Shown here piece after piece: positions 54,952 through 64,000 of a DNA stretch of 64,000 bases. The stretch lies in NCBI GenBank assembly GCA_046563655.1, contig CM102285.1, forward strand, positions 186,001 to 250,000. Direction: 5' to 3'. A program made the position numbers and the translations under genes. This DNA is from Yuukianura sp. NJ FZ-2021. Its lineage: Eukaryota. The notes under the pieces were generated by a model. It saw only the letters and a program-made list of their open reading frames with translations, ran no database searches and was not told where the DNA came from. How positions within the stretch are numbered: position 1 is the first letter of the stretch; each line of letters starts with the position of its first letter.

Positions 54952-57900
54952 TCAGTCTGTTCTTTTGGCACGCTTGGAGTCGGTTCCAGCCAGGACCGTG
55001 GCGCTGGAATTCTTCTTTGGCAGCAACAAGCGCCGTGATTTTGGTTTCGCCGCAGTCACAGCGTCGTCCACGGTTTCCGGTGGACTTGACTCCTCTTCTT
55101 CGTTGGCGCTGCTCAGGGAATCATCGAAAGTACGGCGTCCATTGAGCCAGTGACTGCGCATGTGTTCATGCCACTGTCTCCGGAGCTGCGGAGTTTCAGG
55201 AGTCGGGATATCCAGCATCGGTGGCGGCGGTATCATGGCTCGTGCTGCCACAGCATCCTCCAGCATCTGGTCCATCGAGGGATAAATGTACTCGTACACT
55301 GGAGATTCTACTGGTCGCTCTTGTGTCCCAGTGGGACTGTCCAGTCCAAATGACAGCTTCTTGGCACTGGCTCCGCCTCCAACTGCAGCGCTGGCTCCGC
55401 CCCCGATTGCAGCGATTCTCGGATGAGCACAGAATGGTGTCCGAGGAGCACTGATTCCTCCTCCGTTGCAATTAATATTGTCACTGGCAGCGTCAGCACC
55501 ATCAGAGGCACGGTGGGCATGCTGATTGGAAGGCCGCTTTTGAAGATCAGCGTCAATGCTGGCTTGAGCAGAAGTGTTGGACGGATGTGCTGGCGGTTCT
55601 GGAAGATGCTGGGCTGGAACGTCCTCTTCATTCTCCTTCTCCTCTTCATCATTCTTGGGATTGTCCAGTGGTACGAAAGCGGCAGTGTCCAGACGTTTCT
55701 TTGTGGCATAGCACTTGAGAATCCAATCACAAGTGACGACAGGGAGGTTCCAGCGTACTGCAGCGTCAGCCTTATCGCTGCGCATAGTTTTAGAAACGAG
55801 GTGAGTTGCAGCTAAAATGGTTTCTCCACGTTTAGTAGTTTGCTTCTTTGAGAATACTTCTTGCGGGCTACGGAAAAAAGGAAAAGTTCCAAATTATTTT
55901 CAAATTCCATTTCAAAATACAAAATTTTGATTAAGATAGTGATTTTTTTCTTACATTGCCCCCATGTAGGCAGCGAGTGCATTGAGATAGGCTCTTTCAG
56001 CCCAAGTGTAACTACTAACTGCTATAACACAGCCAGTCAACAGTCCTTTGCATTCCACCGTTTCCAATAAAGGGTAGTGCTGGAAAGCAGGTTCACATTG
56101 AGTCGAATTGACGTAGGCACAATCCTCCTGCACAAGTAACACAAATTATTCACTTATCTTCTAGTATCTTCTAGTAAGTACTAAAAAGAGAGAAAAGAGA
56201 GGAAGGGAAGTTCCTGTTTTTACGTCTTTAGAACGATTTTAGTTTTTAAAAAACGATTTGAAAGTGCTTAAAAACTTTTCGTCTTACCAGCCAATATTCC
56301 GTGTAATGCTGATATTTTAGAAACTCTGCCTTGGAGTGGATTGGTGTCGTGATGATGAAATCAAAGAGTTGTTGTCTCCACTTGTACGTCACAATCCCAC
56401 CCACCTCCAGCACACTTTCCACCGTCCTCTTCTTGGCCTCCGGATCCTCATTTAGTGCCAAAAAGAAGCGCTTATCTTTGAAAACACTCAGCGGTGCTTC
56501 CGGAGTCGTCGGAGTTTCGTTTTCATCGTCATCATCTTCAACTTGAACATCTTCCTGATGACATTGACCTTCTGACGTCACACTCCGATCTTGATTTCCG
56601 GAAGATGCCGGGGCCGACCGATCAGCTGATCCAGAATTGGCTCTTCCTGCCTCCTCATGTCCACTTTTCCTTCCGTCCTTTTCTAAATCTGGCATGACGA
56701 GGACGGAATTGGACGACTCTGGACGAGTGGACGGAGTCTTGGAGGAGTCTGGACGGATGGACGGAGACGGAATGTTGGCAGGAATTCGGGTAACTTGTTC
56801 GTCCTTTTCCTCTTCATTGTCGTTTTGTTCCAAGTCAGTACTACTGTCAGAGTTGACTCCTTCGAAGAAGTTTTGCATGTCCTTAGCTACTTGCTGGAGC
56901 TCCGGGGGGACAGCGCCTGCTTTGACCACGACGGAGTCATTTGAAACACAGGAACTGTTGACGGCATGTGACATTTCAGTGGAATTCATTGGAATGGCAC
57001 TGATACAGGAGACGTTCATTGGCGGAGGGTCTGGAACAAACAAATTCGATGAAATTTGCTGAAAAATGGAATTTGTTTTTGAAAAGTAGTTACCATTGAC
57101 ATTAGTAGGTGTGCCACCATGTATGAGAGTAGAAGACAGTGGATAGCCAAGTGAGTCCACCGTGTACTGGGTCATTTCCAGAGCATATCCAGCTTCACAT
57201 GAGTCAGTGATAAATTCTGGACGGATGCAAGGAATGTTCCAGCCTTTGGCATGACGAAACTTGTCTCCTTCGCCTCTCGGTATGATCAGCACTTTGGTCG
57301 TTTTTCGAATCAAATCATGAGAGTAGGTCCCACCTTACGACAAAAATAGATTAACTGATTAATCTAATTAGTTAGTTGATTACATTTAGATTATGATTAC
57401 CATTATTCTCGATCAGCTGTTGCAACTTTTGTTTCTCTCTGGAACTGAGTTGTGAGGAAGTGAAACTGAGACCATCAAATATTTTCATTGTGTAGGAAGC
57501 AAAGACAGGGTCAGTTGAGTGGACGATTTCGCGTTGACTCTTTTGCCAAACTGCGAAGACCCATTCGGGCGTCATGACTGGAATCTTCCGAGCACCAGCA
57601 GCACGCACTTTAGCGGTGTCAATTGAAGCAGCAACGACATGCGTGATGGCGTTTGTGTAACTTGCGTCGTAGTTCCCACCCATCCTGTAGATCATGGATA
57701 TCATCTCCTTCTTCCTGTCATTCTGTCGACAAATTAACAACAAAGTTAACTTCAAAATGTTGTTTCGATGAGTTACATTTTCAGAAAAATTTGAAAACTG
57801 TTTTGTTTTGAATTTTGAAACACTCTCACCTCCCGCATCCCTGTAGTGGTCACAACGACACTCATCATGGCAAGGGTGTAGATCGGAAATCCCGTACACT

Positions 57901-58875
57901 TGAAAAACTCTGGAACGTTTCGCTCAAACATGTATCTCAGCACATTCGGTCCAATGATCCTAAAAACACCAAATAATGAATCTTCATATCATATTTAGCA
58001 GGATAAATGGATAATCGGATACGGGATAAGCGGAAACTCGATAAGTGAATAAGAGAAAAGCAGTTCGTCGGTGGTAAGTGAATCAGAGATAAGGGGTTGC
58101 TGAATACTAAGTGGATAAGTGATACAAACATGGACCAAGAGACTGACATGAAATTTTGATCTTTGAGTAGTTTGGCCTCGAGATGAGCGAATCCTGGACC
58201 GGTAAAGTGATCAAAGACAAAGATAACTCCCTTCTCACAGTCGAGTTGAACAACTTCACGTTCAGTGATCCATACCACGTTGATTTCTCGATCGACGCAT
58301 GCCTAGGATAAATCATTTACTCCATTAGTTAAGATTCTCAATTACTAATTACTGAAATTACTTAACTTAAACTTTACCTCAAAGACCAATTTCATGAGAG
58401 TGGACACTTTTTCGCTTCTTCTGTCCGGAGTCACAAAATAAAACTTGTTTTCGGCCACTTCTGCACAGTCACAGGGTTCAGTATGACTGCACCGTCGTTG
58501 TTTCTGAGAATAAAGAACGGTGATGTCTCTGTTGGTTACTGATGGGGTTCCATCCAATGATTGTTGAGATGAGCCGGATACTCCCGACTTAGTAGAGGAA
58601 GTAACTGATGATGATGAGCCGGATGAGCCTAATGACGGAAATGGAGCAGTATCTCTGTTCTTGGATCCAGATCGAGCACGAGTGGATAATGCAGGCCCGT
58701 CACTGCAATTTCCTGAAGCGGATGTCGATCTATGTCCAGTTCCTGACAAACTGAATCCTGATCCGGAACCTGATTGAGCACTACGAAGTTGACCTGTTGA
58801 AGTAGAAGCGCCAGAAGTCATGCACCCTTGATGTCGATCTCGTTTCGAATAACGACGTTCTGCCTCTTCTGACAT
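54952..58875 (-). CDS. TOPBP1: TopBP1/Mus101-like multi-BRCT protein, C-terminally short
   Basis: BRCT0 (VFDHFTGPGFAHL), BRCT1 (MGGNYDASYTNAITHVVA..VMTPEWVFAVW), BRCT2 (IFDGLSFTSSQL..GDKFRHAKGWNIPCIRPEFI), BRCT4/5-like (TEYWL..LLTGCVIAVSSY..ATHLV..AAVRWNLPVVTCDWILKC). Confidence 0.82.
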
Positions 58876-60211
58876 GGTTTCAGCCAATCAGCCCGGCACA
58901 ACCTTTTTTGAAACAAAAGTTAAAATTTAGAAAAATTATAAATAAAATTACAAATTGGATAAATTCGATAACACCAGTACCAGTGCCAGTCTGCCAGTGA
59001 CTGATTAGAACAAATTCGATTCTCCTAATTTGATATTCGAATTGTAACTAAATTACTTTGTTCTAGAACACTCCAGAAGATTCCGATAAACGATGACCAA
59101 GATAAGATAAGTGCCGTTAGTTTTGAATTAGTTCAATTACAATTAATTAAGTTTACAGACAATTAAAATGAAATTTCATCAACTTGTGCCCTGTGCCGTG
59201 CCTTTTCTTCCATTTCTGTTTTCCCCCCTCAAAATCACATCTGCTGTTGGTTTTCTGTCGATGTTGACGTAAGGATTAACTTGCGTCATTGTATCGACAC
59301 AGTGCACTATTCTGATGAAAAACGTTTAAAAATCTGTTTATGTTTAAAAACCACTTTCATCTACATGTGCTTTTTCTCCATAAGAAAAAAATTGACGCTT
59401 TTTTCCCTGTAGCACATTGGGAAAAACGAACCAAAAATGCGACAAGGTTTTACATGTGTTTAAATAGGATTTCTTGTCGCATTTTTTTCTCCTATTTCCC
59501 AACGTGATGTAGGAAGAACCCACTAAAAATAGTTTTACCGGTATACATTTGCATTCCGGGCATTTTCAAATTCTCCGCTTTTTTACTGCTAAAAAAAGTT
59601 CCCTTTTTTTCTCACAAAAAGAAGGAGGGAATGGGTTGTTTTTTTCTGATGGAAAAATAGCACATGCCGATGAAATGCGTTTTCGAACGTCTGAGTTTAA
59701 TTAGAATAGTAGCGACTCCTCTGCCATTTTTTCCAGCTGTAACGGATGCTTACACGTTGGTGGCAACTTTTATAGCCACTTTAATCTGACCTAACCTAAG
59801 CTAAAGTGGCAACATAAGAGTATAGATTAGCAATCCATTGTAGCCGCAAAGATGTTACACAGCTGTGGGTACAACAATTGTAGTTAAACGTCACCCCACC
59901 CGTATTTTTTTTAAGACAACAAAAGGCTTTCGCGGTTTTCAATTCAAAAAATGCGCGCTCAAATCAAAAGTCTCGCAATTGACGAGTCAATGTAAAAATT
60001 CTTTTGAAAATTTAAAGTTCAATAGTCAAAAACTTACCGTCCACTCATCTAGCTGCTAACTATAAAAAGTTAATTTTTTAATTTTACAAAATTGCATTTA
60101 TTTTTCAACTGCCTTTCAAGTTGAGTATTTTTAATTTTACAATTCAGTCAATCGAAAGTTATATAACACTTTCGCGCTATTAAGGTATTTTCGAGAATTT
60201 CGGGGTGCGTG

Positions 60212-60985
60212 TTATACGCGAGAGCGTCTTATCTGCGAGAAAATAGGGTAGTACTGATCAAGGTAATGCGCCAACTGTTTGGCTTCAGTCTGCTTTTGAG
60301 AGAGGAACTCTTGAATGCTCAGTCCTTCCTTCGCCCCAATCACTTCAGTCTTTCCGTCTCTGTATGTGATGTAAATTGGAGCCTTGAAGGACACTGAGAC
60401 TATGTCGCACGGTTGCGGTTGACGTGACGGCAGTGGCTTCGTGTCTTTTGTTAGCTTCCGGGATGACCCTAACTCGGATACTCCATGTCTGTCCCGCGCT
60501 AAAAACAAATTGGTTAGGTTATGTGTGAGGACATGGCGTCAATATGTTAAGCTTCCTTACCACACTTCTGCCTCAGCTCCTCTAGTATGACCCAGCATGA
60601 CGCACCGAATAGTCCCGTGAAAAATGCAAACAGGAGACCTTCAAGTAAACCAAAAACATTTTTAACCGCGTCAACATTTTTAACCGCGTCAAACCCCAAT
60701 CCCGTCATTATTTTTTTTTTAGTTTTATGCAATTATTCTAGAAAGATTATTTGTTCAACGGTTCGATGGATAATGAACTAAACTAAATAGTTCGGGGTCT
60801 CTGGTGTTTAATAGACGGAGACGGACAATATCTGCGTGTAAAGTAAGCTTACATATCGGTAGAAGAAGTCCTGTTATGTCGGACGTTTTTGGCGGAAGGC
60901 TGGAGTCCGAAGAATTGCACATACTGCCAAGTAGGAATGTCAAGTATTCGCACTCTTTCGTCAAAGTCTTATTCACCTCCAGCAT
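60212..60985 (-). CDS. Membrane protein family paralogue 7 (dispersed, inverted; ~165 aa); exons 60853-60985, 60561-60638, 60212-60498
   Basis: MLEVNKTLTKECEYLTFLLGSMCNSSDSS...TGLLLPI|CLLFAFFTGLFGASCWVILEELRQKC|ARDRHGVSELG...IVSVSFKAPIYITYRDGKTEVIGAKEGLSIQE...LAHYLDQY...*. Confidence 0.82.
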
Positions 60986-61029
60986 GGTGTCCTTTATGTC
61001 GAAACCAAGTAAATTTGGTTAGGTTATGT

Positions 61030-61215
61030 TAACAAATTACGTTAAAAACGGTACAAAAATAAAGAAAGTAGTTGTGTTTCTGTTTAGGACAGCCCGTATG
61101 ATTCGGCCCGAATCTTTGCTTCCCGATGTCCCTTTTTTAAAAATCGATTTTGAATATCGCAGTGAAAGCCCAAGAGATGCCGCATACACGCAGAATTCAA
61201 ATTCCATGCATACTT
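61030..61215 (-). promoter_or_regulatory. Conserved upstream block of the paralogue family (also ~32975-33165, 35230-35435, 36730-36920, 38845-39035, 40270-40490, 42465-42635)
   Basis: ttttgaattctgcgc...gcatct...ttcactgcgatattcaaaatcgatttttaaaaaagggacctcggaaaccaaagattcgggccgaatcattcg.ctgtccta lies immediately 5' of every paralogue's ATG. Regulatory role is inferred. Confidence 0.55.
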
Positions 61216-61762
61216 TTAGACTATTGTTCAAGAGTACGCCAAATCCAAAACCACATAAGTTACGTTTACCTAACTACTAATTAATCTTAACTACCATTAA
61301 ATTTAGCATGACTACGCATCGCTAGACGATTCTTGTGTAAGTTAAACAAAAGTTAAAATACTGTTGAAAATTTCAAGTTCAGCAGTGAAAAACTAACTAA
61401 AGATCCAAAACCGGTCGATAATTGCATACAAGCTTTAGTTTATTGAATTTGATTAACATATTTTTCTTGGCTTAAATGACACAAAGTATACGCAACTTAT
61501 AGCCTAAACATAAATGATCATAATTCAGAATCACTAGAAATAAGGAGTCACAAGTACAGTTCATTTTGTAAGGACTGTACACTTTAGCACCACCAGTCGC
61601 CCCACCAATTAATTAGTTAATTAATTAAGGTCTCACTTAATTATTTAATTTCAAGAATTCAAATCTAAAGTTGACTATGCTGGTCCCACGGGTCGTTTGG
61701 CCATTATTGGATTTTGTAGATTCGTTTGTAGATTCGGATTTTGTAGGTTTTTGATTCGTTTT

Positions 61763-63109
61763 CTATTCGGCGACGACTTGAGTCGTTTTTCCGTCTTTCG
61801 TGATTAGTTGAATCAAGCTTCCATTTGGATGCAACTCTGCCTTGTTCAACCAGCCATCCACAATTCTAAAACATTAAAGTTACTACTTTCAAACAACTAA
61901 TTAGTAGATTAGTAAATTTAATTGTTAATTAAGTAAGCCAATTGAACTTACTCAGCGACATGTTCCAACGGAGTCCAAGTCCCATCCTGTTTCATCCACT
62001 TTCGGTTCATCGGAGTATCCAAAGTGACCGGCAGAATTCCATAAGCAGTGGCTCCAGTTGGCAACCCTCCTGCTGGACATCCCAGCGACTTGACCAATTG
62101 ATGAACTGCTGCCTGTAGAATTCAATTAATCAATCAATTACTTAATTGACTTAACCAATTGCTTAAGCTTAAATGATAATGTGTAAGTAATGTTGATGAG
62201 TTATTTTGCTGGATTACCTTGGCCACTCCATAACCGATCATTCCTGGAGTTGGTTTGAGAGCCGGTTGAGCTCCAGTGAGAACCAATAGTCCTTGTTCCT
62301 TGAGAAAAGTCGGAGCCAAGCTGGAAGCAATGCACGAAGTCCACACGCTTTGTTGAAGCATCAAGTCACAATTTTTCACGAAATCAGCTGATCCAACGTT
62401 GCCGCCTATAAGGACAACAGAAAACGTTAGGTTGGTTAATTAATTGATTGATAGACTGATTAATTGATAGAATAGTCTAATTAACTGAGGTAAAGTAACA
62501 TCACCTGCCCATCCTCCAGCGACACAAACAATCCCATCCAACGACGTTCCTTCTGGAATGTGGCTGCTCACCAACTTCGCCTGAAATCAATCAAAATCTA
62601 TTACTGAAACTTTTTGGGGCAACTAGATATTAAATAACATAAAGGTGCTCCCTAATCTTAGATAACACTGAAATTTCATTGTTATCGAAGATTATCTCGA
62701 GTAGCCCCAAGAATTGTCAGCGATACAAGAGCAATCTCTCGCTGACTCGACAATTTTCAGTTTTTCAATATTTCAGCGTTTTGGTCCCAGCGTACCCAAT
62801 TCCCACAGTTTTCCTGTGTCAAGATGCCCCAAAACGTTTTAGCAAAATATACATGGCCCGACAATCACAAAATATCAACGTGACAGTTTAAAAAAGACTA
62901 ATTTCCTTATATTTAATTGAGTGTTGCTTTTTGCTAACCTGATCCTCGAGCGTTAGATTCGGTTGAAGAACGACATTGTGATCAGCCTCATCGTTCTTGA
63001 CAAAGTCAACGCTGATGGTACGAAAGTCCTTGGCCTTGAAGTAGTTGACGAGGGCTGATCCCAAGGCTCCCTTACCCCCATAGATCAAAATTTGCTTCGA
63101 GGAACTCAT
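61763..63109 (-). CDS. QDPR: Dihydropteridine reductase (multi-exon)
   Basis: [97 protein letters not shown]. Confidence 0.95.
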
Positions 63110-63666
63110 TGTCTCACTAGAAATGGTTAATCAAATTAAAAATACACACAATATAATATAAAGAATATAAAAATTAAAAACTTGAAGTACTACTTTGATG
63201 TCTTTCTGTTTCGACAGTTAAGTTGTGTGGGGAGCAGGCTTGCAACAGATGAAGAGTGCCGCTTCTAAGTGCTGCCTGAGATGAAACAGCAACGAAGCGA
63301 ACAAGCGACCATGACCTTTGACATTCACTCAGAAGCAGAAAGAGTTTTTAGATAAAAACAGACTAACCGTAGTAGTTTGCTAAAGAAGAAAAACTAGACT
63401 CAGACTATTCCCCTGACTCTTGTTTTTTCCATTGAGTTAAACGAGAAAAAAAAGGTCAGGAGAATAGTCAGACCCTGGTTTTTCCTGTTAGCAAACTAGT
63501 ACTATTTTGACAAAATTTGCTTTAAATGTCCAAAATTGTAAAAAATTTTCCTGAAATACTCCTTTTTGGCAAATTCTAAGAATAAATTTGTTATATTTTT
63601 TTCAAGAAATATTTTTTTAAAATATAAAAATATGTAATATTGAGCTGCCAAAAATCGTAGCAGGTC

Positions 63667-63860
63667 ATAAGGGCTAAACCAAAAAGGGCTACTCCAATAA
63701 GGGCTACTCAATAAGGGCTAAAAAAAATAAGGGCTACTCCAATAAAGGCTACTCCAATAAGGGCTACTGTCAATAAGGGCTACTGTCAATAAGGGCTACT
63801 TTTAATAAGGGCTACTTAATTAAAGCGTATTTACTTATTTTCCCGCGCCGAAGGCGCGGC
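63667..63860. repeat. ~15-bp tandem repeat (aataagggctactcc) followed by a cgcgcc-gaa-ggcgcg hairpin; probable transposon end
   Basis: About 10 copies of taagggcta; GC-rich hairpin at ~63843-63859. Confidence 0.7.
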
Positions 63861-64000
63861 GTTAGGTTATTTAATTTACAGTAGTGATTAGTTTTTAAAA
63901 TGAAAGCCTAACCTAACCCCGGGCATCAACGAGGCCTGATGCAAATTACGAAGAAGTCTTGATTTTTAATTTGATATATTTTCTACAGCGATTAGGTATA

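Noticed and set aside
57372-58887. ECT2/Pebble as an alternative identity for the BRCT gene
   Set aside because: No DH-PH RhoGEF domain follows; the downstream repeats resemble TopBP1 BRCT4/5.

Overview
AT-rich, intron-rich eukaryotic DNA, most likely an arthropod/hexapod (inferred from a ZAD-C2H2 gene, a Cad96Ca-type RTK and short TTAGG/AACCT runs). I reconstructed exon structures by hand from GT-AG sites and reading-frame continuity. Recognisable genes are a ZAD-C2H2 zinc-finger gene (3' end off-window), a CABIT-domain (Serrano/GAREM/Themis-type) gene, a small secreted Cys-rich peptide, a divergent PDE1-like phosphodiesterase, RNF146, Cad96Ca/Stitcher RTK, MBLAC1, a C-terminally short TopBP1-like gene and QDPR. 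There are many MITEs (hAT-, Merlin-, Tc1-like, a CAAGG-ended family, and a DINE-1/HINE-like element). The main finding is invisible in the ORF track: a family of seven 3-exon paralogues (six in tandem at 33.2-44.0 kb, one inverted at 60.2-61.0 kb). They encode ~90-185 aa signal-peptide-less single-pass membrane proteins with a variable N-terminus and a conserved beta-rich C-terminal domain that I cannot assign to any known family. One copy has lost that domain. All copies share a conserved ~200-bp upstream block and a transposon-like hairpin/microsatellite at the intron-1 donor. No database searches were run.
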